This document shows, in pieces, positions 33,396 to 47,887 of a DNA stretch of 64,000 bases. Location: assembly GCA_964016885.1 (NCBI GenBank), contig OZ024749.1:48794001-48858000 (forward strand), read 5' to 3'. The first letter of the stretch is position 1; each line of letters begins with the position of its first letter. The DNA is from Eledone cirrhosa. Its lineage: Eukaryota. Under the pieces are notes generated by a model that saw only the letters and a program-made list of their open reading frames with translations, was not told the origin of the DNA and ran no database searches. Position numbers and translations under genes: made by a program.

Positions 33396-33790
33396 GTGAA
33401 ATATATATATATATATGTATATATAAATATATATAATAGTGAAATATATATATATATGTATATATAAATATATATATATAATATTAGGGATACTATTTAT
33501 GGTTATGTATATATTAAAACGTTTTATAGTTATGTATATTTTAAACCCTAAACAGTGAAGGTCAGTAATTGATTACTACCTTATTACCAGTAAGATAAAT
33601 AGCTCAATGCAATAACATCAGTTGTTCTACAGACTATCAAACTATCCTCTAGCAATATCTGTTTTATTTGCCGAATGTATTTTAATTTTTATTTTAATTT
33701 TAATTTTAATTTTAATTTTGATTTTGATTTTGAATTTGAATTGCTGTACAAAAATAGTATAGTATAATATATGTCACTCCACTGTACATC

Positions 33791-33821
<31 letters not shown>

Positions 33822-33858
33822 CTCTTGCGTTGGAAAGGGGGTCAATTATGTATACAAA

Positions 33859-33923
33859 CATTCAAAAATGATCCGAAGACTCCATGCTTAGGTTTGGATG
33901 AAACAATTGTAAGTAAATAAATG
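33859..33923 (+). ncRNA. Degenerate hammerhead relic
   Basis: CCGAAGA-C-TCCA..TGGA-T-GAAA-CAATTG-TA. Palindromic stem III, decayed stem I, tail ends in (TA)n at ~33955. Confidence 0.45.
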
Positions 33924-34229
33924 ATTTGAACATAACTTTGATTCTTGTAAATTCTATATATATATATATATATATCACTCTTATTATTCGCACACTAAGT
34001 AGACACTTCAACATTGATTTGCATAAGTAAACTATATTCTTGAATTCGTCATGATGTCATTTGCTTAATTACCTAGTGTAACTTTCTTTGCATTATCAAT
34101 TAATAATTAGAAATCTCATATATCACATTGTTATGTTTATCACTCTAAACTTATTTACGTTACGCACACCCACGGTCAAAAACACCGAGTAACAATTAGC
34201 CATACATAGACGCGCATTCACACACAAAC

Positions 34230-34264
<35 letters not shown>

Positions 34265-34274
34265 TGTATGTATG

Positions 34275-34376
<102 letters not shown>

Positions 34377-34632
34377 CACTCACAAACACACATACGGAGA
34401 AATATACAGATACAGAGACAAGCAGAAAATTAATATGGAACATGATATATTAATTTCCCAATTACTTTGCCTCGATCATGGTGCCGTGATGTCCACGTTT
34501 TTACGCCTCTTCTCTTTTATTTTATATTAACACATTTAATGAAAGCTCATTTGCGGAGATTGTTAAAGTATTTGTGTATAAATAAGAGCATGTCTGTCTA
34601 AATTGTGTATGGTTTCAACAATTATAGATACA

Positions 34633-34824
34633 TAACTGTTTCTACTTTTGGCACAAGGCCAGCAATTATCCAGTGCATTACTGGTACTTTATTTTATCGA
34701 ACCCGTAAGGATGAAAGACGAAGTTAACCTCGGCGGGATTTGAACTCAGAATGGCAAGGGCCGTAACACTATACGTCAAAGCATGGCGTCCGACCCCCTA
34801 CCGGTACTGCCAATCCACCGCCCT
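34633..34824 (-). mobile_element. SINE family 1 with target-site duplication
   Basis: Full-length; TSD ATTAYAGATACATAA at 34621-34635 and 34826-34840. Confidence 0.92.
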
Positions 34825-37800
34825 TATTACAGATACATAATGTTAATGAGAGATCACCGTACTCCAAAGTATGTACCATTTTACATGCATAACCCGGCAT
34901 TTTAACAACTAGAGACACCCGCTACTCAAATGGTACTTAATTACAATCGAGTAAATCTACTTCAAAAGTTCATCCATGCTGTATTGCTTCAGGATTAAGT
35001 GAATCGCTATCGATATAACACGCCGGTATCAGAATATATTCCGAAATGCTATCAGTTCTACATACTAACGCTTATACACATTTTATGCCAACTATCATTC
35101 ATATTTGGGGAAGAGGTCACCTGCATCTAAATCAAAAAGAACAAATACTGACTCGGGTATAGCTCTGTTTATGTTATAAAGTTCATGCTAATAAATGAAA
35201 CTTGTTTAAATATCCACATCTACGCAAATAAGTCCGCTATTGGTCTGGCAGATTATTGCATTATTATTCTTAGCTTAGAAATGTGGTTTACTATTTCGAA
35301 TTCAATCTTATACGATGAAGATGTCGAAGCTGAAATGAGAAACCGGAATAAGGTCAGACATTACGTCGATAAAAATAAAGTATAGGTTCCGTCATTGATA
35401 AAAAAAAAGCAACAACATAGTTCTGCATATCTAAAAAAACGATTAATAGACCGAAACAGTATATTCTCATGAACATCAGCTCATCTCAGACATTTAAACA
35501 GTAAATCATAGTATATGGCTTCTCGATGTTAATCTTTTATTATGTGAAAGAATAGCTCTTAATAATTTTATATACCTTACATTCTCCCATCCCTATTTGT
35601 CTGTCTCTCAAGTATATATCAGTTTAAGTTAGTTATCCTGCATATGTATACGCCTGTCTGTAAGCTTTGGCACGTCATGTTGTGAATGCATGAAGATATT
35701 TAGAAGGATAGATAAGGAACTGGGTTAGTACGTGTTGAACATTTCAGGGAATGCATTTATATAAAGTGTTCTGCGGACTATATTCTCCTCTATTACATAC
35801 CTTTTACCTCACACGCCATCTCACTCTCTCACACACATGTATATATATATATATAATATGCATATATACATATATAATGTGTATATATATACCTTTCATT
35901 TATATATATATATATGTATATATATATATAACGTGTGTATATATGTGTGTGTGTGTGTGCGCGTATGTGTGTGTGTGTGTGTGTGTGCGTATGTGTATGT
36001 GGGAGTGTGTGAGTGTGTGTATGTGTATGAATGGGCAAAAATATGTGAGTGTCTCTGTCTGTTTTTTTAGTGTATGTGTACGTACAGTAATATGTATATG
36101 TGTACGTACAGTAATATATATATGTGTAAGTACGAACAAGATGATTATCTCTATACGTCAGCACAATAAAGGTGTATTACGGCCTCAAGAATCATGTGAG
36201 GAAATTACAAAGAAGACAATGATATTCAAATGTACCTGATACAAAGAAAGCCTGTTGAAAACTCACAGAGCGGAAATGCTGTGATCATTCTGAATGAAAG
36301 ATGGAAACTGTGAAACTGTGTGAGAGTAAGGCTTCCCTTTGTATTATTAGAAGCAAATAATTATTTGACACAGGAGCAAAATAATGAATGTGTAAATTAG
36401 ATGTTTCTATCAACTATTGAAGCAAAATCATGTTTTCAACGGCTTGGCCAGATGAGGGAAGACAGCACTCATGTCTCTTTCTGTGGATTCAGGAATAAGC
36501 AATATATATGTGGAAAATGTTACCGGGGAAGAAGGGCGGTAATGGATGAATGAAGCATAGTGAACTCGCGTATACCACCCATGTAGTGTGTGATGGTGTT
36601 AAATCTCGGCTAAAAACGAAGAACAAGAGCAGTTTATACGATAGATTTCCGCCAAACTACTTTCTACTAAACTTAATTTGCAACACTTTCTTAGGTTGGA
36701 CCAATGATCCTGAATGTGCATACCAACATTATAGAATTTATCACCAAGTAGTTGGGAGGCAAAGACTGAATATGAATGCTTGATGCTATACCTGTGATTG
36801 ATGCTATACCTGTGAAATCTTGCGTGCAACTCCTGTTATTAATAATTGTATTGATTCTTTTTCAGGAACTATCTAAAAAATAAACCTCATTTCATCCTCC
36901 ATAAGAATATATGCTTCGGCCTATGAACCTTTCAGGCAACATTCCTATTTCATCATTATATATATGTATTAGGTTTTACAGTATGGCATTATATCAAATC
37001 ATATTTAATGCACCAGTAGTTTATTGTATCATATCATACATTTTTCTGAGACTGGGTGATATCAGCCATGAATATTTTTCTTTTATATCGGAGTCGAGGA
37101 CTATATTAAGCAATGCGCCAGTTTGATATTTACGATTGTGTAGTCTGAATTGTGTAGTCTGATTGTGTAGTATGAGATATTTGGCTGCAGCTTTTCTGCT
37201 GTCCGAATGTGCATGATGTGTCTCCACCGTTGTCTATGTCGTTTATTGAACCAGAGTTCAAAATATATGCCGCATTTGACAATGTAGCTCTCCGATAGAG
37301 ATAAAAGCACTGTGTGATTAAATATTATGATATAGCTGGGTTAATCGATTTGAAGAAATCTTCCATTGGGTTTGTAAAAGGCAAAAATCGATAGCTGCGC
37401 CATCTTTTTTCTTTTTTTGTTTTTGGCTATTTTATTATCCCTTTAAAGTTACTATGATTGAATGTTGAAGAATAATTTTTTTTACCTATAGTTAATTGGA
37501 AGCAATATCCCCAGAAATTAAAATTATGATAATTTTTCAGAATATATTCATTAAATCCCTTTTCAATAATTACTGGTTATTCTCTGATTCCCTGAAGACG
37601 AAAAAAGATCAAATAATGAAAGAAAAGACTAAACTATTATGTAATATGTATGCGTGTTATAAGATATTTGAATATTGTACACTACTTCATGAATCTTTTA
37701 TAAACAATTTTATTCTAGATATTTATATAATTTATTTATTTTTTCTTTTAAATGAATTCCATTATATGCAGATTTTTTTCATAGACTTAGTTTAGTTTTG

Positions 37801-38149
37801 TTCTTTATCTTTATTTGACTGAAAGCTAAAAATTCCCGACTTAACATAATGCCTCTTCATATACCCATAGCTTTAAACATCTACTATATGTAAATAAAAG
37901 TCTATATTAGCAATTTCATGTTAAATGCGTCTTATATTCTAGCACGTACATGAAGAATGAAGAAACAAGAATCCTACTTGATGGTATTGTGATATTTCTT
38001 AACCTTTGTAGTACTTCTCAAACAAGAGGCCTGCGGCATGTTTCTGTAAAAGACAGCTTTTAGATTGATAAAAGATTACATCTGAAGATTAGCAAATCTT
38101 TTCTTATTATATTAACGTAGATGATTTTTCTTCTTTTCATGTTGTAGGC

Positions 38150-38235
38150 ATGAATGTAAAGGAGACCATCACTATATTGCGGCTGCGGCGCACAAAAATC
38201 ACAGAATGTCATTGAATAGAGTGGAGCAGAATTAA

Positions 38236-38269
<34 letters not shown>

Positions 38270-38520
38270 TTTTATCTCGACATTAATGCAGTCGCTCGAA
38301 ATGTTTCGGCACGTATATGAAACGCGAGTTAAAATAATTAATTATCTGACATAATCGTATTCAATACTTATTGCCAGGCGAGGTTTGTCTCTTTAAATGG
38401 AATGTTCCCAAAAGAAAATGCCAAGACGTTATATTTATTTTTATTTTTCTATGCATAAAAAGAAATGGCAGCATTTGAAGAGGATGGAGTTTTTGAGCGC
38501 ATTACTCCGGGCAAAAAATC
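38150..38520 (+). pseudogene. Possible Tc1/mariner transposase N-terminal relic
   Basis: MNVKETITIL..AAHK.TE and FEEDGVFERITPGKK weakly resemble the paired-like HTH start of Tc1-type transposases; interrupted by (TA)n. Confidence 0.25.
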
Positions 38521-40911
38521 ACTAATTCAATTATTATCCCATTAATAGAAATCGGTGGTTTTCAAGATGAAGAAATGAGTATATAACTACAAAAGATTTG
38601 CTTATATTGATTTGCAATCTCTTTTATATTGTATCATATGAATGAATCGTCGAACCAATTTCAAATGGAACTGTTACACATATATAAAGATATAAAATAG
38701 AATGAATAAGAAAATAAAATGCAATAAGTCTTAACTATTGGTAGAATCATTCACGTCAATTTCTGGTATGTGGCGAACTAGTTGCCATATTGCTTAAAAA
38801 CTGAGTGGTCGTTTTTATTAGATTTTGATTATTATTTCCAAAGATGTTGAAAAGGAGTTGATGCATTTTTTTCTATTGCTCATTTATTGGTATCAGTCAA
38901 ACTCCTGTGCCCATGCTGGAGTATGCCTGCAAATTATTTTGTCACTATTATACCGACCTCAGTACATAATCTGGTACATTTATGCGTGTTTTAATTCTCA
39001 AAATATAAAGTTTGCACTCCTGGACATAGAGATAACCAATTGCCAGATTTGCCTTCAACTTAAAATTGAAATGTAGTATACTTCCCTGGGAGTAAGACAA
39101 ATACAACCAACTATAATAATACAGACATGATGCTAATATATATATATGGTACATATATTATAGTAATGTCTATTATTTCCTGGCATTTATAAAGTATTAT
39201 ATTTATATATATTATGTATATAGATTCATTTCAGATGTGTATTTTTACAGTTGTATTAGTCTAAATGCATCCATTTCCTTCAAAATCAAACCTTGAGGAT
39301 TAATTAGTAGCTACTAGAAATTAACATTTGAAGCATAGTATAATAACATCACTAACAAGAATTGCTGAGTAAATCAACAAGTATCCTGAGAGATCTAATA
39401 TCTCATGTGCTTCACTAATTACTGAATATTAGTTATATCGTCATTTTGAAACCTGCGCTACTAAGTTTGAAATATGTATATGCAATGAAATTTCGAGCCA
39501 ATTTATATGTTGTCATCTTCTAAGAAAGATTTCGTTTGACATGTCCAACATAACCATTTCATGGGAATTTTACAGCAGGTGACAAGGCGTATATCGAGCG
39601 AGTTTTACTACACATGTATACATGTGTAATTAGTGGGGAAATAATATCGAATATTCTGGTATAACAATGCCCTTTTTTTCAAGTCACATAGGCGATATTT
39701 GCTATATAATTTATAAGGTATATTCCTCTCAATGTGTCTAGAGTTGATGACATTTTCTTGTATTACAAACATTGTTCCATTTGATGTTTCATTTGAAACG
39801 TAAAACAATTTCATATGAAGAATGTCACTGCTGCAGTGATAATCGATATTTCAGCTTTCAAACGTCTATAATCAGAATAAAGAACAGGCTTTCTTTGAGT
39901 TCGAAAATGGGGAACAATCATTGAATAGTAACCTACCAGCAATGATCAGTCATTGTATGTTTGATATCTGAAATGTATGATATTTATTTATTTATTTTTG
40001 TGTTTCATTATACTTGTAGAATATATGTTATTATTAACATTGTGTATATAATGTCCAATATTACAAAACGCTATACTGATGATTTCAATACTAGTTACAT
40101 CATTTTTTTCGGAAATCATTTTAATTCTGCCAGTATCTTCATTTCTAATTCTAACGTGTGATACCTAGAATCAATCTGAACTATGCCAATCTATTTGAAT
40201 CCATAATTAGCAAACTCTCATGACATCTCACCTCCATAACGGTACTCACCCTTAGCCAATGATGTTTATCATTCTTGTTTATGCTGTCACCTTATTGTAC
40301 CAATCTATCAATACACTTGACATTTCAAAGTTTTCTATAAATGTTAGCACGTTTTTTCCTGGGAGTGCAAGCATTGATTGAAGCTAATATCTATGCCTAA
40401 TGGTTACCATCGCTATATAATAGCATACATGTGTTTTCGCTTTCATTAGTTAATTCAAGAATGATACATATTTATTAGCAGTAGAACCTAATATCATATG
40501 AAATTCAAATATATCAAGCCATTTTTTGTATTAAATTGAAGTTTAAACTGATAGAAATTCTAAAGACAGAAATAGGAGTTTCCCCCACATCGTCATCGTT
40601 ATTTTAAATGAATTTTCTAAAGTCTCATAATTTATTTTTCTCTTTTCCTCTCATCGTATGTTACATACAACATCCCATAATCTCTCTTAATATTTAAGCT
40701 TTTTAATATTTAAGAGTAGCTATGGTAAAAATGTCTGAGCAAAGTCTATGTAAACATTTAATATGTAATGTAAGTCTTCCCTTTGAAACCGTAATGTATG
40801 TGTTTCACGTTTATTAGTAATAATTCAGGGGAAGACTGTATTATATATTTCTGTTGAAATATGATACACCTCATTTACATTTGTTCCGTATTAGTATTAC
40901 CTACTATATTA

Positions 40912-41100
40912 ACGGTGAATTGGCAGTATCGGTAGAGGGTCGGACGCCATGCTTTGATGCATAGAGTTACGGCCCTTGCCATTCTGAGTTCAAATCCCGC
41001 CGAGGTTAACTTTGCCTTTCATCCTTACGGGGTCGATAAAATAAAGCACCAGTACTGTACTGGGTAATTGCTGGCCTCGTGCCGATAGTAGAAACAATTA
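40912..41100 (+). mobile_element. SINE family 1 with target-site duplication
   Basis: A box TTGGCAGTATCGG, B box GAGTTCAAATCCC; CTACTATATTAAC duplicated on both sides. Confidence 0.92.
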
Positions 41101-42119
41101 TCTACTATATTAACAGAAATGTAGCTATGGTAACTATTTTCATATATACATTTATATTACTTTTAGTTTTCTCTGTGTGGTGTCACAAAATGTCCAACAT
41201 AACGGTCCTTAATTTGTCATTATTTCCGTTAGTAATTTCTAGATATTTTATTATATATTTTTTTTTACTAACAATATTATAAAATAACCTAAACAATCTA
41301 TTCTATCCAGATTTGTTAATCGAAATCTTCTGAGGTTATATGATTCCATGATTACGAAGGACAGATGAAAAAAAGAACAGGCTGAACAAAAGCAAAACAT
41401 TTCTTTCTGGCTTAATATTTTTGAATGTTACTTTTTGTACGTTTGTGATCTATTCTTCTAACAGCTTTTGAGAAACGGTTATATAACGATATACTGTATA
41501 ATTTGTAAGAATTTCTTACGATGGCATTGTTATATCATCAGTCAACGTTAAATTCTCTTGTTCACATTGTCATATTAACGGATGATTAGACGCTAGATGT
41601 TATTGTTACATTCTTCTTTGAAATTGGACTTCTTCTGAAGTCGAATGAATGTCTATTGCGCTGTGCATTGTGGTTCTTAACTGTTTATAGCTTCAGAAAG
41701 AATCAGTATAATAAACGTGAGAAAAAAATGTTGATTTCTACAGATCTCGTAAGATATCAAAGTTATTAGGAACGATAATAAATACACCAGACAAACATTA
41801 TATTGTATACACCGATATCAAATATGTCTTTTGGATTCGATTTAAATAAGAACCAGTGAAATATTAAATTCAATCATATCGACATTATCCATTTCCACAA
41901 TATACTACAGGGACGTGGGGGCATTGCCAGAATTATTTATAAAAAGAGAAGATATAATGTATATATCGTTTGTTTATTACTATTATTTTATATATATATA
42001 TCCAGGGTTCAATCGGGAGTAACCGCCGTAAGTAAGGTACTCAACAATGAAACAGATCTAGTTCTGTGGAAGCTTTTCTATATTAAATATATATATATAT
42101 ATTTTATTTATATTTGTAA

Positions 42120-42565
42120 ATTGTCTACTCTAACCATAATTTTCAGTAGCCTCACTCCAGATAAATTCCCCAATTTAAGAATGACCTGTAATATCTATTT
42201 CATACTATTAACCTTAATTGAATATATATCTGACCAGGCATGCTTTTTGTGAAAATCAGTCATATGGAACTATTGTCATCTTGCCTGACGGTTTGAAATT
42301 TACAACACCAACCGCCTCTTTGAGGTCAAATATCAACCCTACTAGCATCTACAAACTGACCAATGAGAATTAAGGCTATTCCTGCTGACAACATTAAATT
42401 ATTCCTAACAAGCTCTGATACCATCAACACTATAAACACAGAGCTGGCATATCTAAGAACTAACTGCCTGATGACGTCATAGCCATTCAATGGCTATCAT
42501 CGAAATAGATATAGCAGTAAATAAAGGATTATGAGTTTATGCAATTGACTTATGTTTCGTCACTA
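42120..42565 (+). mobile_element. Possible decayed PLE 3' end (GIY-YIG C-terminus-like relic plus HHR)
   Basis: Interrupted translation NHNFQ*PHS...RHAFCENQSYGTIVILPDGLK loosely resembles the HF...H...RE..WI..L.T..P.GLN end of PLE endonucleases, and lies upstream of an HHR. Confidence 0.35.
42463..42518 (+). ncRNA. Minimal type I hammerhead ribozyme
   Basis: ACTGC-CTGATGA-CGTC-ATAGCCAT(TCA)ATGGCTAT-CATC-GAAA-TAGATA-TA-GCAGT. 5-bp stem I, 8-bp distal stem II with a mismatched base, ~45-nt tail into (TA)n. Confidence 0.75.
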
Positions 42566-42960
42566 TATATATATATATAAACAGGAGCAACAATTCAAGG
42601 GTGGCAGATGAAAAAAAAAAAAAACAATCTATTTCTTCATGATCACTTCATTGCTAATAATTGGCAAAAGAAGCCCCATTTTTTACACTGAGAGGAGCCA
42701 GGATTTGAAACTTCAAACCATACATTCAGAGGGGATAGTGCAAAATATCACCTTTGTCTCTTCATCAACTTTACCTAGCCACTATTTTTATATACCAATA
42801 CAAAAAGGATGAAAAGCATAGTTAATATCTGCGAGATATGGACACGGAGATTAAAGAAAAAAAATATATACAGTAAAACATATTAAACCGTCAATCTAGC
42901 AACTCTAAAGAATCGCCGCCTCACAGACACACATACCAGCATATATATATACATACCAGC

Positions 42961-43018
<58 letters not shown>

Positions 43019-43495
43019 CGTGTGTGTGTCTGTGTGTATATATATATATATTTATTAAAATAACAGATTAAAATTTAAGCATAGAATCACTTATTATTAC
43101 TATTATTATTATATATATATACGAAGAAACTGATAAAGAGAAACATACACACACAACCATACACGTATAAACAGACATATACAAATTAAAATCACATACT
43201 TAGATATTTACACAAATGGCTTCGTTGTGTTGGGGTTAACATATTCAACGAAGCGATCATTAAAAATTATCTAGAGCTAATTATATATTGAGGAAAAAAG
43301 TGACCAGCATCTATTAATGGTAATTTATTCAGTAAATTATAGAACACGACTTTGTTATAGATGAAAGGTTGGAACATTTTCATACATTATACTATATATA
43401 GTAATAATAAAAAATAAGACTAAACTCCAAAGAGGGCTCGATAAGGATAAATAAATATCAAATATATAAGAACCGTAGAGCAAATATTTATTTTA

Positions 43496-43534
<39 letters not shown>

Positions 43535-43620
43535 TTCGAAATCACTAGATCTACCCGTTAGATGGAGCTTCCAACATAAATGGTGTATATATATGTATAT
43601 ATATATACGTATATATATAT

Positions 43621-44094
43621 AACCCGTCTGTTTCTTTCTTACTGCTTCCCCTTTTCTCTATATCTCTCACTTCCTTTTACCCCCTCTACCAGTCACTCAC
43701 ACTTCAACCAGGTCGGATGGTCTTTATTCTCTCTCGTCTACGATTTCTCAGAACTTATGTTCATCGATTTCAGGGACTTGACTCCTTCTTCCTCCCGTTT
43801 GACCTGTGCGAAATTCTTTCCTTACTCACATTTCGACCAGGTTTGATTGTCTTTATTCCATCTCGTCCACTATTTCACAGAACACATGTTCATCGATTTC
43901 AGGGACTTGACTCCTTCTTCCTTACTTTTCGTTGCATTACCATCTTTGTTTGTTTACTGTCTCGCTCGTTCCCCCTATTTACGTGTCCCAACCACTTTCT
44001 TTAGCCGTTGCTCGCACCAACCAGAGCTATATGGTCTTTAAAGCGATGAAATACCAATGAAAGCTGGAAGATCACTGATGAAGGACTAAATGTA

Positions 44095-44098
<4 letters not shown>
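43621..44098 (+). mobile_element. (TA)n-embedded pyrimidine-rich insert with ~100-bp internal direct repeat and truncated HHR 5' half
   Basis: Repeat ~43694-43793 vs ~43824-43922; CTGATGA-AGGAC at 44075-44086 is cut off by (TA)n. Confidence 0.45.
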
Positions 44099-44167
<69 letters not shown>

Positions 44168-44170
<3 letters not shown>

Positions 44171-44760
44171 GATAAATCTACCAAGAGTTTACGGTAGTGT
44201 CCAATCCGTATGAAGAACTCAATGTAATCCGGATATCATGGAAAGAAGAGATGCATTCAAAAATCACTTTCGGTGAAAGATAAACGGAATACAGAGTCAA
44301 GATAAAATATTTAAAAAATAATGAATAAAACAATGAAACAGTTCCTTATATTAAACAAAAAAAGTTCATTATTTAACGATCGTTTCTAGGACATATATGT
44401 GTTAGAATTGGCATGCTTATTCAAAAGATCTATGTACAAAATTATACAAAATTATACAAACTATCAAATAGAATATACATACCAACACATACATATGCCG
44501 TCTTCAGAAATAATGAAATATATTTATTGATAATAACAACAATTCAAAATTACAGGTCTGTTTGGGAACAGATTTTAAATAGACCAATGAAATACATAAA
44601 AATATATCAAGAAAATACAGTTAGGTGTGTGTATATATGTAAGTAACTTCGTTCACAGATATGCATAAAAATGTATGTTCACATGCATACGCATGTCGAA
44701 AAAATGTATGTAAATACAAAAATTCAGGGCTAATGTCTCTAATTATCTCTTTTTAATATT
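44168..44760 (-). mobile_element. PLE-like terminal fragment carrying the giant-stem-II HHR
   Basis: Bounded by (TA)n tracts, homologous to 8378-8633, contains the HHR at 44365-44517. Confidence 0.7.
44365..44517 (-). ncRNA. Hammerhead ribozyme with giant (~114 nt) stem II domain
   Basis: Minus strand TTCATTATTT-CTGAAGA-C-GGCATATGTATGTGTTGG...CTAACACATATATGTCC-TA-GAAA-CGATCG-TT-AAATAATGAA. Perfect 10-bp stem I, palindromic stem III, GUU triplet. Confidence 0.75.
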
Positions 44761-44761
44761 T

Positions 44762-44814
<53 letters not shown>

Positions 44815-45157
44815 TTTAATTGCTGAAGAATTTGAAAGCGTTTAACTTAACTTATGACTATATACAAATATGACTACTAATTATATGTTCTATATTATAT
44901 AATGTATATTATATAATATATGTCATAGGCTATATACTTTACAATATATTAAATATGGAGTGTATATGTACCCAGTCTGTTCTTACTATATAATGATGAA
45001 TCACACATAGATCTGAGTAAAATCATTGTAAGTGGCACGGTATCTCCTAGATACTGTACCACTTACAATGTTTCCACGAGCGGACTTTTTACTGTAATAT
45101 ACTGGCTAATTGGTGGCCTTGTGCCAAAAGTAGAAACAATTATTCAATATATAGTTT

Positions 45158-45210
<53 letters not shown>

Positions 45211-45353
45211 AATGAATATATGATAAGGATAAACACTACTGATACAAGTATACATGTGTTCGCATTGCAAATGACCAAGTTAGCTAGATTGAAAAATACT
45301 AATTAAAATAATACGGTCTGCCTGTCTCGATTTAAAAGACTATTTGAGTTTAT

Positions 45354-45444
<91 letters not shown>

Positions 45445-45574
45445 TACACACACACATAAATACACAGACTCATGCATACACCCATATACATACTTACATA
45501 ACATTGCATGTACCTAAATACAGTTATGTGTCTGCAGAAAAAAAAACATTTATGTATCAAAATATATATGCAAG

Positions 45575-46008
<434 letters not shown>

Positions 46009-46351
46009 CACATGTATGTTTCTGTGTGTATGTACATATGCCCAATCTTTCTCATACATACGCTTCTGTCAACACCAATGTGAAAGGAACTGCTTGAGAA
46101 AGCAGCCAAATTTTCTCCGAAAATCAGGTTACTGAAAATATCTAACAGCATATGTGTTTGTTGAAACTCACTTTGTGTAGGCATACAATATTCTCGCATT
46201 CTAGTATTGCAGCACTTAATACATCTAAAGGGAGATAATCGAGGCTGGATAAATATATTTTTCCAGCGTTGCTCAGCATAAATCTGTGCAGTAGTTAGAA
46301 AAATAATAATGATACATCAAAATAAGAAAATTAAAATATCCATATAAATGA

Positions 46352-46387
<36 letters not shown>

Positions 46388-46924
46388 TCCTGTCTGTATG
46401 TGTGAGTGTGTGAGTGTGCGAATGTGAATGTGTGTGTGTTAATGTGTTTCTATGTGTGTGACTGAGTGAGATGCGAGTTGCTCGTTAATTATGTTGATAT
46501 GAAAAAATAAACAATCTTGTGATGTGGTTTTTAGCCTCCAGTCAAATTCCTCTATTTTTAATTTGTGCAACTGCACTATCATAATGTTTAAATCCGTATA
46601 TATTAAAAAAAAGGAAAAAAATTATTTAGTAAGGGATTTAGTTTCTATTTCTAGCAAAGAGGTAGCTGATTCTTCAGATTGTTTATTTTATTTTAAATTT
46701 TGCCAATCGATCAAACGCGAAATATTATTGTAAGTGATTCATATTGATACAGCAGTTGGATATTCTAATATTAACTGTATTTTACATTTTTTTAAAATAT
46801 TATATATGACAAAAGAAGAACATTAAAAGAAATTCCATATTTACCAACGAACACATTACAATTACTTATATCCCAAGTACCCCCCCCCATAATTGCCACC
46901 CCTATTATTATTTGGGACAATAGA

Positions 46925-47390
46925 GTGCCACCAAACTCTCCTCCTCTCTATGTCTATCACCACAAAACTCTTTTTAATCAACCTCTCTGTATCTACTAAA
47001 ACCAAACTCTACCCCTCACTACATCTAACATGACACCGCCTCTCTTATGATACTCTTTATATCTAAGACTAATACACTTTCTCACGCGCTATAAATATCT
47101 ACACATATCTCTCCGAATCCCCCTCTGTGTATCAGTCACCCCTAAATTCTCGCCTCTCTACATCTACTACACGGAATTCTCCCATCATCCTTCTCTGTAT
47201 ACATTCAACCACCAAATTCTCCACCTCACTATATCTATGTACTACACGGTACTCTCTTCCAATCCCCTCTACAAATAACCCTCGCTATATCAATTAACAC
47301 CAAACTATCCCATCTCTATATCTACTACCAGATACTCCCTTCCAATACCCCTCTCTATATCAATAAACATCAATCGCTCCACCTCACTGA
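46925..47390. repeat. Degenerate ~35-bp C/T/A-rich minisatellite
   Basis: Recurrent CACCAAA(C/T)TCTCC...CTCTCT(A/G)TATCTA units. Confidence 0.7.
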
Positions 47391-47574
47391 AGCTAATATA
47401 AAGCTCAATATAAGCACTGATAATATGCCACTCAATAAACCATTTTAAGAACTACTGTAAGACATCGATTTAATAATCCCCTCATTTGCATATTTAATTA
47501 GTTTGATTAAATGATATACATATAAAAACCCATCAAGGATTGAAAATTGATTAAAAATATATCTTATTTTTCAA

Positions 47575-47716
47575 TTTTCAAATCCCGCAGAGGTTAACTT
47601 TACCTTTCATCATTACGTTGCTTATAAAATAAAGCACAAATAATGAACTGGGGTCGATTTAATCGATTTTCTCCTCTCTAAATTCGTTGGCCTTGTGCCT
47701 AATTTAGAAGCAATCA
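47575..47716 (+). mobile_element. SINE family 1, 5'-truncated
   Basis: TTCAAATCCCGCAGAGGTTAACTTT...GGCCTTGTGCC. Confidence 0.8.
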
Positions 47717-47825
47717 TTTTGTTTGCAATATAAGGCAAATATGTAAATTTGGCCGGCTAACATAACTGTATAGTAAAAATATGGAAATTTATGTACACTT
47801 TTACGCTGTCTCGCTTACTTCTAAA

Positions 47826-47887
<62 letters not shown>

